A DNA stretch of 64,000 bases from Spirochaetia bacterium. GTDB taxonomy: Bacteria; Spirochaetota; Spirochaetia; UBA9216. Below are positions 18,396 through 27,352 of the stretch, piece by piece. The notes under the pieces are model-generated. The model was not told where the DNA came from. It saw only the letters and a list, made by a program, of their open reading frames with translations, and made no database searches. The DNA lies in the NCBI GenBank assembly GCA_963677925.2, contig CAXXYH010000003.1, forward strand, positions 1,728,001-1,792,000, read 5' to 3'. Numbering within the stretch: position 1 is the first letter of the stretch; each line of letters opens with the position of its first letter. The translations under genes and the position numbers were made by a program.

Positions 18396-20002
18396 AAGTG
18401 CAGAACCTCTTCCATAACAGCCATTATACTGTATCCTCTGCTTTTTTCTATAACTGATCCGCTGAGAAGAAAAGGCGGGATTTTTACAATTGCCCCGGAA
18501 TCTGCAGCCTCATCATCCTTAGGACGCTTCATAATCAGTTTTTTAAGCAGATTATTTTTTATTTCAGGATAAAATTTTACAATCGGCACTTTAATACCGG
18601 CTTTATCTGCAGCAGCCTTTACGGCATCCGTGAGAAATCCGCAGCTGTCAATAAGACCGTTTTCACTGGCAGCGCTGCCCGACCAGATTCGGCCCATCCC
18701 CAGCGAATCAATTTCATCTGCAGTCTTATTTCGGGCCTTTGCAACCATCGATGTGAACTGGTTGTACATTGATTCAATTTCAGCATCAAGCATTTTAATC
18801 TCATCATCAGTCAGACTTCTCATTGGAGAACCAGTATCGGAATACTCCCCGAATTTTATTAAATCTCCTGAGACTCCAAGCTTTTCCAGCAGGCGGTACC
18901 AGGCCATATAGATGCTGATAACACCTATTGAGCCTGTAAGGCTGGTATTGCAGGCAATAGTCTGTTCTCCGCAGCAGGATATCCAGTATCCGCCCGAACC
19001 GGCGACCTCGCCCATAGAAATATAAAGCGGTTTCTTTTCGGCCAGAAGCTTAAGCGCACTGCGGATATCTTCTGAGGCATAAGGAGAACCTCCCCCGGAG
19101 TTGATCCTGAGAACTACAGCCTTCACCGAGGAATCATCTTTAAGTTTATAGATATGAGGAATAAAGGAGTTTGAACCGACAGCATTGCCTATAAGCAGCT
19201 CACGCCTGGATTTTCCGTCGACTATTGCACCTTCAAATACAAGAACAGCTACCCTGCCTTTTTTGGCGGTAAAAAGTGCGGATTTCATAACAGCATCGGT
19301 TAATGAGACCTTTTTGATTTTATCCTTCTTAAAGCCCGACTCTATGTCGATCAGGGTGGATACCGAACTTACCCATCCTGCCCCGAGGGCGTCTTCTGCC
19401 TGAAAAGTTTCACCGTCAAGCATGGAGTCAAGAGCGTCATCCTTCTTTCCATAGCCTGAGATAATTCCGGATTTCAGCTCGTCAAGAACAGTTTTAAAGT
19501 AAAGTTCATACTGCTCCCTGTTATGCTCGTCCAGAGATTCCTTTGAAAACTGATCTCCGGCGCTCTTATATTTTCCACGCCGGATTACCCGTGCTTCAAT
19601 TCCTGCTTTTTCAAAGAGTTTTTTCAGAAAGGTGAAAGACCAGGCAAGCCCCTGGAATTTAACTGTTCCGACAGGATGGATAATCCTGGTGGTACAGACC
19701 GAGGCAAGATAAAGCTGAACCGGCCCGTATACCGGTGAATAAAAAATGACGTCCTTACCAGCGTCAGTCAGCCTTTTGAGACATTCACGTATTTCCTCAA
19801 GACCGGCGAAGAGTCCGGTCCTGAAATCTGTTCGGCAGTCTACAAGAACTTTCTGAACAGATTTCTTTCTAAGAATATTGGCGGTTCGTATGTAAAAGCG
19901 GTCAAACCGAAAACCTTCATCCGTTCCTATCGATAACAGGTCAGTTCCCTGGTTTCCGGTTTCATGATACTGTCCGGAAAGTACAAGTTTAGTGTATTTC
20001 AT
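18392..20002 (-). CDS. sppA: Signal peptide peptidase SppA (S49, two-domain type)
   Basis: GKYKSAG, VLRINSGGGS, AGSGGYWI, TGSIGV, GRIWSG; no obvious N-terminal TM. Confidence 0.85.
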   Translation of the reverse strand: MKYTKLVLSGQYHETGNQGTDLLSIGTDEGFRFDRFYIRTANILRKKSVQKVLVDCRTDFRTGLFAGLEEIRECLKRLTDAGKDVIFYSPVYGPVQLYLASVCTTRIIHPVGTVKFQGLAWSFTFLKKLFEKAGIEARVIRRGKYKSAGDQFSKESLDEHNREQYELYFKTVLDELKSGIISGYGKKDDALDSMLDGETFQAEDALGAGWVSSVSTLIDIESGFKKDKIKKVSLTDAVMKSALFTAKKGRVAVLVFEGAIVDGKSRRELLIGNAVGSNSFIPHIYKLKDDSSVKAVVLRINSGGGSPYASEDIRSALKLLAEKKPLYISMGEVAGSGGYWISCCGEQTIACNTSLTGSIGVISIYMAWYRLLEKLGVSGDLIKFGEYSDTGSPMRSLTDDEIKMLDAEIESMYNQFTSMVAKARNKTADEIDSLGMGRIWSGSAASENGLIDSCGFLTDAVKAAADKAGIKVPIVKFYPEIKNNLLKKLIMKRPKDDEAADSGAIVKIPPFLLSGSVIEKSRGYSIMAVMEEVLHL

Positions 20003-20540
20003 CTTTCTCCATTATACCGGCGTACATTGTGAGTGGTAATTCTGCTTCAACAGGGATCTCTTCACCGAAAGCATCGTCTGTATTCAATGAATCTGTTTGA
20101 GCGGTCATCACACTTTCCATATCTTCAGTATCTTCATTCGGACCGTTCTCTACAGGAAAGGTTTCGTTGCTTACATAATATAGAAACTTCCAGGCATTTT
20201 CACCTGCTTTGACAAGGTTAATTGTGAACTCCCTGCCGTCAAGAAAAACACAGGTCAGCTTCAGGTTATCAAAGTCCAGTTCTTCGACGGAATAAAGAGC
20301 CCTGTACTCCAAATCTCCGTAGAGGATCGTAATAAAACTGCCGTCAAGAATTTCTATCGAGGTTATTCCGCTGTACGGGAATGAGTAATAAGCTTCGGGA
20401 GCAGTAAGCAGTCCGTCAGGCTGCTCACAGATATAAAAATTAAGGGTCCATTTTCCGGTAAGATCGTCTTTCACAGCAGCTTCAGCAAATAACGGAAGCG
20501 CAGACAGCAATATGATAGAGACAAGTAATAACCTTTTCAT
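19989..20540 (-). CDS. Hypothetical secreted acidic protein
   Basis: Sec signal MKRLLLVSIILLSALPLFA; GAGG RBS; overlaps the sppA start. Confidence 0.7.
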   Translation of the reverse strand: MKRLLLVSIILLSALPLFAEAAVKDDLTGKWTLNFYICEQPDGLLTAPEAYYSFPYSGITSIEILDGSFITILYGDLEYRALYSVEELDFDNLKLTCVFLDGREFTINLVKAGENAWKFLYYVSNETFPVENGPNEDTEDMESVMTAQTDSLNTDDAFGEEIPVEAELPLTMYAGIMEKDEIH

Positions 20541-20547
20541 AAATTCC

Positions 20548-20631
20548 TCACTGGTAGCAGAAACGGAGAATCAGGTAAATTACCAGATACAGCCCCAGTC
20601 CGATCCACCAGATCTTATCCCTGGTTTTCAC
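20548..20631 (-). CDS. Putative 27-aa single-TM peptide (not in ORF track)
   Basis: GTG start; MKTRDKIWWIGLGLYLVIYLILRFCYQ*; overlaps the upstream small ORF, and its stop abuts the next RBS. Confidence 0.4.
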   Translation of the reverse strand: MKTRDKIWWIGLGLYLVIYLILRFCYQ

Positions 20632-20767
20632 TGTTCCGCTTTCCGCCGAAAAATCCCTGCTTTCTCATTCCTTTTATATAGCGGTAAACAAGAACAACCA
20701 GCATCACAGCAGCAGCTGCAACAATTACAGCTCCGACGCCAAGGAATATATTAAAAGCAAGTTTCAT
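20615..20767 (-). CDS. Putative 50-aa single-TM membrane protein (not in ORF track)
   Basis: MKLAFNIFLGVGAVIVAAAAVMLVVLVYRYIKGMRKQGFFGGKRNSENQG*; hydrophobic span followed by a positive-inside tail; alternative ATG at 20773. Confidence 0.6.
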   Translation of the reverse strand: MKLAFNIFLGVGAVIVAAAAVMLVVLVYRYIKGMRKQGFFGGKRNSENQG

Positions 20768-20818
20768 ATCCATAAGCCATTTTCATGTGAATGAGGAGTA
20801 TAGTCAAGCACATTTCAT

Positions 20819-21994
20819 TCACGATATTCGCCTTATAATAGAAAGAACCTGAATCAATGCGCGTACACTCAGACCCGGAGCATCGGTAGAACCGAAACTG
20901 CATATAATCGTCAGTCCGGTATCTGGATCTATAAACATCTGGGTGCCAAGAACTCCCATATGGCCAATCATTCTAGGAAAACCTTTTAGTGTCGGCATGT
21001 ATTCGTTAAAATGATATTCCATCATGCCAAGACCGTAATGGATACCCTGAATCCATCTATTGTCAAAGTTTTTCATAAGCGAAAGCGATTCATTATTGAT
21101 TAGTTTCCCGCTGTTCAAAGCCCTAATAAAAACGGACAGGTCGGAAAGGGTTGAGATTATCCCGCCGCCGCTCCAGTCTATGGAAAGGCTTTTATAGTCA
21201 TGTATTTCTCTGCCTTCCAGCCAGATTTCATTTATAGGTGCCTGACCATTCTCAGCTTCGGAGTAGAACATGAGATAGCTGTCATTCATATTAAGCGGTC
21301 TAAATATAAGTCCGTGCAGATTTTCATGAAAGGTTCTGCCGCTGACCTTTTCAATTATCAGCCCCAGCAGAATATAACCGCTGTCCGAATAATGCAGCTT
21401 TCCACCCGGAGCCCCGACCGCTTTCTGGTTATTTCTGGTAAAATCAAGAAGGTCCTGGGGGGTATAGAGCCTATCCGGCTCATTCACAATAAGTTCTTTC
21501 ATGGAATCTCCGCTTTCAACCGGATCTTCAAAGTAATCAGCAATACCGCTTGTATGATTCAGCAGCTGTCTTACTGTTACATCTGCTGAATAATCTTTAT
21601 CCTTATACATAAACAGACCTTTAAGCATATCAATTCCCAGAATATCCGCTGCTCTGTCGTCAATAGTCAGCCTTCCCTGCTCCTGAAGCAGCATCACAGT
21701 TACTGCCGTAAAAAGTTTTCCTACACTGGCGACATGAAAACGCTGTGAAACTGCTGCCGGATTACCGAAAACTGTTCCTTCTGCAAACTCAAACTTGATG
21801 TCCTGTTCCGGAGAATCTACGAGAAGCAGGATATTATTCACTTTCTTCTTCCCGGCAATAGTCTTCTGCAGATATTTGCGTATCATCTGCCGCGCATCTG
21901 CACTGCTGACCGGTCTGCTATTAATAATCATAATGATAAATAAAACTGCAGCTATAAAAATCAGAATTGCAAAGATAATTAAAAAAATCTTCAT
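20819..21994 (-). CDS. Serine hydrolase, beta-lactamase/AmpC-like (S12) family, N-terminal membrane anchor
   Basis: FHVASVGK (SxxK), LLNHTSG, HYSD, GHMG; AGGAG then ATG at 21994. Confidence 0.85.
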   Translation of the reverse strand: MKIFLIIFAILIFIAAVLFIIMIINSRPVSSADARQMIRKYLQKTIAGKKKVNNILLLVDSPEQDIKFEFAEGTVFGNPAAVSQRFHVASVGKLFTAVTVMLLQEQGRLTIDDRAADILGIDMLKGLFMYKDKDYSADVTVRQLLNHTSGIADYFEDPVESGDSMKELIVNEPDRLYTPQDLLDFTRNNQKAVGAPGGKLHYSDSGYILLGLIIEKVSGRTFHENLHGLIFRPLNMNDSYLMFYSEAENGQAPINEIWLEGREIHDYKSLSIDWSGGGIISTLSDLSVFIRALNSGKLINNESLSLMKNFDNRWIQGIHYGLGMMEYHFNEYMPTLKGFPRMIGHMGVLGTQMFIDPDTGLTIICSFGSTDAPGLSVRALIQVLSIIRRIS

Positions 21995-22004
21995 AAAAGC
22001 TCCT

Positions 22005-22023
22005 ATATTACTATTAGTAATAT
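22005..22023. promoter_or_regulatory. Putative PadR operator 1
   Basis: Perfect palindrome ATATTACTA-T-TAGTAATAT next to the hydrolase RBS. Confidence 0.7.
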
Positions 22024-22078
22024 CTAATAATACTAAAGTCAAGGAATTACTGTCCATACTGTACTAAAAACAGCAATT

Positions 22079-22097
22079 ATATTACTATTCGTAATAT
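22079..22097. promoter_or_regulatory. Putative PadR operator 2, overlapping the padR -10 and start codon
   Basis: ATATTACTA-T-TCGTAATAT, 18/19 identical to operator 1. Confidence 0.7.
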
Positions 22098-22647
22098 GGA
22101 GTACGTAATTCTCGGACTTTTATTTTTAAAACCGATGACCATCTATGAAATTAACAGCTCATTCAAACAGGGGATTTCTCTTTTCTACAGCGCCAGCTAT
22201 GGTAGCATTCAGTCCGCCCTAAAAAAGATAACCCGGAATCTATGGGCTGAAGTTTCAGAAACAATCGAGAACGGCAGGCAGAAGAAGTTCTATACGGTAT
22301 CTGCAGCCGGAAGAAGCGTATTTTTCGATTGGATGGAAAGCTCCCCGGATATGAAAAAACTGGAGGTCTCGGTGCTTTCCAGGCTCTTCTTTCTAGGTCT
22401 GATTGAAACGCCATCGAAAAGAAAAACCATCCTTGATACAATAATCTCTGCAATAAATAATGCATATGAAGAACTCGGACAATACCATGACAAGCTTTCC
22501 GGCATGATTGAAGATATTGATGAAGATTCAAAAACAATAGCAGCCTATCAGGTGAACACCCTGGAATACGGCATAATGTCACACAAAGCTGCCCTGGATT
22601 TTTTCATGAAGCTTGCCGAGACGGAAAGCAGACAGCTCGATGATTGA
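22096..22647 (+). CDS. PadR family transcriptional regulator
   Basis: ILGLL..PMTIYEI...ASYGSIQSALKK...GRQKKFYTVSAAGR. Confidence 0.9.
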   Translation: MEYVILGLLFLKPMTIYEINSSFKQGISLFYSASYGSIQSALKKITRNLWAEVSETIENGRQKKFYTVSAAGRSVFFDWMESSPDMKKLEVSVLSRLFFLGLIETPSKRKTILDTIISAINNAYEELGQYHDKLSGMIEDIDEDSKTIAAYQVNTLEYGIMSHKAALDFFMKLAETESRQLDD

Positions 22648-23083
22648 AATAAAAAACACAGATACAGAGTCTTCAGACTACCAGGAGTTCAAAAAACTGA
22701 TTTCCGAAGAATGGGGAGAGCCCGAACAACCTAACCCCTCTCAGACAGAAAAACATTCAATAACTGTTCCTCCTCCCCTGCTTGCATTTGAAAACAATCT
22801 GCTCGCCGGCGGCTTATCATTTGTTGACTATAAGAACCCGGAGCTGGAAGGTAATGCCCTCTGGATTAACGCTGTGTACGTAAAAGAGAAATACAGAGGC
22901 AGAAAGATTGCTCATACACTTATACAGACAGCACTGAGGCAGTGTCAGGAATCAGGTTTAGAATCTGTTTACGTATACACCGACAAGCCTGAGTTGTACA
23001 GGGAATCCGGCTGGACAAAACTGAATTTCGATGCCGGGAACTTTATAATGAAATATAAGTTTGCAAAGGACTCCTCTGCTTAG
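22640..23083 (+). CDS. GNAT family N-acetyltransferase
   Basis: WINAVYVKEKYRGRKIA acetyl-CoA motif, LYRESGW; ATG at 22640 overlaps the padR end. Confidence 0.82.
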   Translation: MIEIKNTDTESSDYQEFKKLISEEWGEPEQPNPSQTEKHSITVPPPLLAFENNLLAGGLSFVDYKNPELEGNALWINAVYVKEKYRGRKIAHTLIQTALRQCQESGLESVYVYTDKPELYRESGWTKLNFDAGNFIMKYKFAKDSSA

Positions 23084-23095
23084 TATATTCAATAA

Positions 23096-23431
23096 ATGGA
23101 AACAATCAGCAATCTTGAATCGGCAGAAAGCCTGATAAAAAATGAAACAATGGCCCTGCTCTACCTGAGCAGACCGGACTGCGGAGTTTGTACAGCAATA
23201 AGACCTAAGGTAGAGGAAATTCTAGGCAGATATCCCGGAATAAAATCCGGCTATATAGACCTCGATCAGCTTCAGGAAGCGGCAGGCGAATTTATGGTTT
23301 TTACAATCCCCGCCGTCATAGTCTATACAGAAGGTAAAGAGGTTGTAAGGGAAGCCCGGTATATAAGCATGGATGAACTGGAAGAGAAGATAGCCAGACC
23401 TTATGGATTTCTTTTTCCCGATGGACTGTAA
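23096..23431 (+). CDS. Thioredoxin family protein
   Basis: PDCGVC active site and FTIP cis-Pro loop; TTGCAA-N17-TATATT lies 6 nt before ATG. Confidence 0.88.
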   Translation: METISNLESAESLIKNETMALLYLSRPDCGVCTAIRPKVEEILGRYPGIKSGYIDLDQLQEAAGEFMVFTIPAVIVYTEGKEVVREARYISMDELEEKIARPYGFLFPDGL

Positions 23432-23461
23432 TTTCCAATTAAGATAGACTGAATACATTCT

Positions 23462-24628
23462 ATGAATAACTTGTGGTCCAAAAATTTTATTCTAATTTTC
23501 ATCACAAATACACTGCTGGCAGCCGCTTTTACCCTTATAAACACTATTGCAACACTATACTTCAGCCATAAAGGTTTTGAAGTCTCAGTAATAGGAACCC
23601 TTGCCGGTGTACTTGCAATAAGCGCAATGATTATGCGGCCTTTTTCAGGACTGGCGATTGATTCAGTGAGCAACAAGCTTACACTTGCAATCGGGCTGAT
23701 AATTTTCGGAATAATGGTACTGCTCCACCTTCACGCTGAAAGCTCAGCTGCCATGATGACAGTCAGAATCATAAACGGATTAGGATGGGGCCTTTCTTCA
23801 ACAGCGACCATAGCCATGGCCGGTAAAATTATTCCGGAAGAAAAAATGGCAGGCGGAATTGGAATATTCGGGCTGGGGCAGATCCTTTCGATGGCTATAG
23901 GTCCGGCGGTTGCTTTATGGCTGCTTGGACTTGCAGGGTTCAGACCGGTCTTTTATTTATCCGTAGTTTTATCTGCTGCTGCTATTATTGTTTCTCAGTT
24001 TATCGATGAAAGCCTTATGCATAAACCGGCAGATAACCGGGAAAAGTTCACATCGGTAAAAAAGTTTTTAAGCTCACTGGCCGCAAAGGAAGCATTAATA
24101 CCGGCCCTGTTCTACTTCTTCACGGCTCTGGTCTACAGTTCACTTGTGGGATTTCTAACCCTCTTTGCCAGAGAGCTTGAAATAGTAAATATCGGGATAT
24201 TCTTCAGCATCTATGCCTGCGCCCTCTTTGCGGTAAGGCTGCTGGCCGGCAAGCTTGCAAACCTGATCAGCGAAAAGCGGGTAATTATGACAGGATTTAC
24301 AATTCTGATTCTCGCCTGTATTTTTATCAGCAGGATTTCAACCATAGGATTATTTATTGTAGCCGCTGTCGGGTTCGGTTTTGGTATTGGGCTCATTCAA
24401 CCGCTGGCCCAGGGCCTGGGAATGAAAAACACGCCGGCAGCAAAACGGGGTGCTGCAGGCAGTACAATAATGCTTGGAGCTGATACCGGGATTGGCCTGG
24501 GGTCGGCAATTGCCGGCTACATAGTGGCAATGTCCGGATTCAGATTTATGTTCGCCTTCTTTGCCTTCTTCCCGCTGATTGGACTGATAATAACCTTATT
24601 CTACAGATTCAAATCACGAACAGAATAA
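23462..24628 (+). CDS. MFS transporter
   Basis: About 12 TM, LWSKNF N-terminus, MRPFSGLAID, RIINGLGWG, KRGAA. Confidence 0.9.
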   Translation: MNNLWSKNFILIFITNTLLAAAFTLINTIATLYFSHKGFEVSVIGTLAGVLAISAMIMRPFSGLAIDSVSNKLTLAIGLIIFGIMVLLHLHAESSAAMMTVRIINGLGWGLSSTATIAMAGKIIPEEKMAGGIGIFGLGQILSMAIGPAVALWLLGLAGFRPVFYLSVVLSAAAIIVSQFIDESLMHKPADNREKFTSVKKFLSSLAAKEALIPALFYFFTALVYSSLVGFLTLFARELEIVNIGIFFSIYACALFAVRLLAGKLANLISEKRVIMTGFTILILACIFISRISTIGLFIVAAVGFGFGIGLIQPLAQGLGMKNTPAAKRGAAGSTIMLGADTGIGLGSAIAGYIVAMSGFRFMFAFFAFFPLIGLIITLFYRFKSRTE

Positions 24629-24653
24629 TGGACATTTAGCGATCAGTAATTGA

Positions 24654-24687
24654 TTCGGACCTCTGCAGTTTTACAGAGGCCCGAAAA
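24654..24687. terminator. Hairpin between convergent MFS and flavoprotein genes
   Basis: TTCGGACCTCTG...CAGAGGCCCGAA(AA). Confidence 0.6.
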
Positions 24688-24712
24688 GGAGTATATCTTT
24701 TTGGAAAATTAT

Positions 24713-26251
24713 TTATCTTCCTAGAAATTTCGCAGCGTCCTGAGCCGCGAACCTTCCTGAATTAACAGCCCAGCCCTGACATGAGCCTGCGCTGATTACA
24801 ACATCGTAAGAATCACCGTAAATAGCATTTGAATCAGTTCCAATAGCATAGAGCCCGGGAATTACCTCTCCTTCTGTACTGATAACCTGGGCATTTTCAT
24901 TAACCTTCAGCCCTCCGACAGTTGTAAAATATCCTACCGCCAGTTCAAACGCATACCACGGACCTGATGTCATCGGTTTCAGGAATTCAGCAGGCTTACC
25001 GAATGTTTCATCACTTCCATTTTCACAATAGCTGTTATAGATATCCATGGTTTCATTCAGGGTGTCAGCATCAACGCCAATCTGTGCAGATAATTCTTCC
25101 AGTGAAGGAGCTATCTGAATTCCCTCATTCCCCAGTTCAAGCTGGTCATCGATCAGTCCATAGAGATCTGTAAGTTTTGCACCCGGAAGCGTATAGGCTC
25201 CCGCACCTGCAATGCAGCCTTCCTCTACCCAGTAATCAAGGCTGGCCTTGTCTATGATACTGAAAACCTTCTTCTGATTACTCATTGCATTTCCATAGAA
25301 AGAAAAGTTCTGACCGGCAATGCTCTCATCGGCAAATCTTTCACCATCCTGGTTGATACATACCATTGTGGGCTGGAATGATGAAGCGGCAAAAAGGTGA
25401 TTACCAAAGGGTATACCGCGAAGGTTACCCCCGTAAAACATTGCTGTTCCAAGATGAAAGGTATCAGCACCAGCGCTTATTCCCATATTGATACCGTCTC
25501 CGGTTCTTCCCGGTATTCCCATCTGCATGGTGCTTTCAGGTGGAACACCTACATATTTTTCCATCATTTCCGGATTATCCGAGTAACCTCCGGTGGCGAG
25601 AATTACAACGGGAGCCTCGATACTGAGTTGTTCCCCGGCCCTGGTTTCAGCGATAACGCCTTTTATCACACCATCCTCAACTACAAGGTCTTTGCCGGGA
25701 GTTTCGAGCAGAATTTTAACACCAGCTTTTTTTGCGGCTTCGTTCATTGAATGAATATATCCCTCACCAAGACCGTCAAAGATATGCCAGGTTTTTACTG
25801 AATCGCCCATGCTGATTACAGCCTGGAATTTCACCCCCAACGCCTGAAGCCATTCAATTGAACCTGCAGATTCATCAAAAAACCGGTGAAGCACCTTGCT
25901 GTCTGAAAGCCAGTGGTTATACTGCTGTACTCTGCGGAACAGGTCAATTTTGTCAATTTCAATACCCGCCTCTTTCTGCATATCTGAATCCACGGCAAAC
26001 ATGCCTTCAGCCATCAGGGTTGTTCCGCCGACAAATCCGTTTTTTTCAAGCAGAATTACATCCAGCCCGAGCATTGCCGCCTGTGTAGCAGATGACAGTC
26101 CTGCACCGCCTGCGCCTACAACAACAACATCCGCTTTAAGATCGGGAGTACCCAGACTTGCTTTTTTTTCTGTTGTTGAGCATGACACAATAACAACTGT
26201 CCCTGTCAGGATCACAGCTACAACAGCAGCTGCTTTTAGAAGCTTTTTCAT
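24713..26251 (-). CDS. Lipoprotein FAD-dependent oxidoreductase (flavocytochrome c/FrdA-like FAD_binding_2 family)
   Basis: Lipobox VIVSC; VVVGAGGAG, LATGGY, TGDGI, GERFADE, TVGGL, IPGLYA; no CxxCH haem motifs. Confidence 0.85.
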   Translation of the reverse strand: MKKLLKAAAVVAVILTGTVVIVSCSTTEKKASLGTPDLKADVVVVGAGGAGLSSATQAAMLGLDVILLEKNGFVGGTTLMAEGMFAVDSDMQKEAGIEIDKIDLFRRVQQYNHWLSDSKVLHRFFDESAGSIEWLQALGVKFQAVISMGDSVKTWHIFDGLGEGYIHSMNEAAKKAGVKILLETPGKDLVVEDGVIKGVIAETRAGEQLSIEAPVVILATGGYSDNPEMMEKYVGVPPESTMQMGIPGRTGDGINMGISAGADTFHLGTAMFYGGNLRGIPFGNHLFAASSFQPTMVCINQDGERFADESIAGQNFSFYGNAMSNQKKVFSIIDKASLDYWVEEGCIAGAGAYTLPGAKLTDLYGLIDDQLELGNEGIQIAPSLEELSAQIGVDADTLNETMDIYNSYCENGSDETFGKPAEFLKPMTSGPWYAFELAVGYFTTVGGLKVNENAQVISTEGEVIPGLYAIGTDSNAIYGDSYDVVISAGSCQGWAVNSGRFAAQDAAKFLGR

Positions 26252-26347
26252 AATTAGTTTTCCTCCATATCTATATTAGATAAAAAATAATCTATATCTT
26301 TTATAACCGATAAATTCTTATCCGTAAAATTAATTATACCGTTTGAA

Positions 26348-26366
26348 TAATCGGTTTAACCGATTA
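26348..26366. promoter_or_regulatory. Putative LysR recognition site
   Basis: Perfect palindrome TAATCGGTT-T-AACCGATTA containing T-N11-A, between the divergent lysR and reductase genes. Confidence 0.7.
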
Positions 26367-26424
26367 CTGAGTTGACCTTATTTAAATTTCGAACTATTTT
26401 AGTGTCCCCGAAGGAGCAAAAACA

Positions 26425-27312
26425 GTGGATACACACAGAATGAAATGCTTTCTAAGCCTTGCTGAAGAACTTCATTTTTCAAAGGCAGCAGAGAAGCAGT
26501 GCCTGGCACAGTCTTCAATGAGTCAGCAGATCCAGAATCTTGAGGAAGAACTTGGAGTTAAGCTGTTCATTCGAAACAACAGGAAGGTTCTGCTTACGAC
26601 AGCAGGTGAGTACCTTCAGAAAGAATTCACCAGGCTGCTGGAGAATTATGAAGCAGTAACAAATGAAGTACGTAAAATAGACGGTCAGAGAAAGAACAAT
26701 CTGAACATCGGCTACCATGGTCCATTCAACTGGAAATTTCTCAATTCCATCCTGCAGACATTCAGGCCCGCACATCCGCAGATAAGGTTATCTCTGATGA
26801 TGGAAAACTGGGGTGAAATCATCAGCAAACTGATAACCAAGGAAATAGATGCAGGTTTCATTGAAGGTGCTGAACTTGATGAGAATAAGCAGATAGCTAA
26901 ATCATTCCTGATGAGGGATTATGTCTGCTTCGCCCTTCACCGCTCACATCCGCTTGCCGGCAGATCAATTCTAAACTCCAGGGACATTATTAATGAACCT
27001 CTTGTAATGGTAGATACTGCTATCGGGAAAAAAAGTATTGAAAAAATACATCAGCGGCTTATAAAGGGAGGCATAGATCTGTACAAGGGCTCTCTGATGA
27101 AAAACTTCGAAAGCTGTATGGCCATGGTGGCCTCAGGTGTTGCAATTTCTCCCATGCCGCGATCATTCAAGCAGACAGATCAGAGCGAAATTGTTTTTAT
27201 AGATTATGACAGTGAAGACGCCTTCGTGGAGATCTATGCTGTATGGCTTAAAGATAATCACAGCCCGGCACTGACCAATTTTATCGAACATCTGGCCAGC
27301 ATAGATAATTAG
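26425..27312 (+). CDS. LysR family transcriptional regulator
   Basis: FLSLAEELHFSKAA...QSSMSQQIQNLEEELGVKLF.R..R.V.LT.AG; GTG start after AAGGAG. Confidence 0.93.
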   Translation: MDTHRMKCFLSLAEELHFSKAAEKQCLAQSSMSQQIQNLEEELGVKLFIRNNRKVLLTTAGEYLQKEFTRLLENYEAVTNEVRKIDGQRKNNLNIGYHGPFNWKFLNSILQTFRPAHPQIRLSLMMENWGEIISKLITKEIDAGFIEGAELDENKQIAKSFLMRDYVCFALHRSHPLAGRSILNSRDIINEPLVMVDTAIGKKSIEKIHQRLIKGGIDLYKGSLMKNFESCMAMVASGVAISPMPRSFKQTDQSEIVFIDYDSEDAFVEIYAVWLKDNHSPALTNFIEHLASIDN

Positions 27313-27345
27313 GCTGACCGCCGCAGTTATAAAAGCGGTCAGCCC
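27312..27345. terminator. Hairpin between convergent lysR and FG-GAP genes
   Basis: GGCTGACCGC...GCGGTCAGCC, 10-bp stem. Confidence 0.6.
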
Positions 27346-27352
27346 TCCTTAA

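Noticed and set aside
20819-21994. Bona fide beta-lactam resistance gene
   Set aside because: YSD and HMG replace the YxN and KTG motifs, so only a general serine-hydrolase call is supportable.
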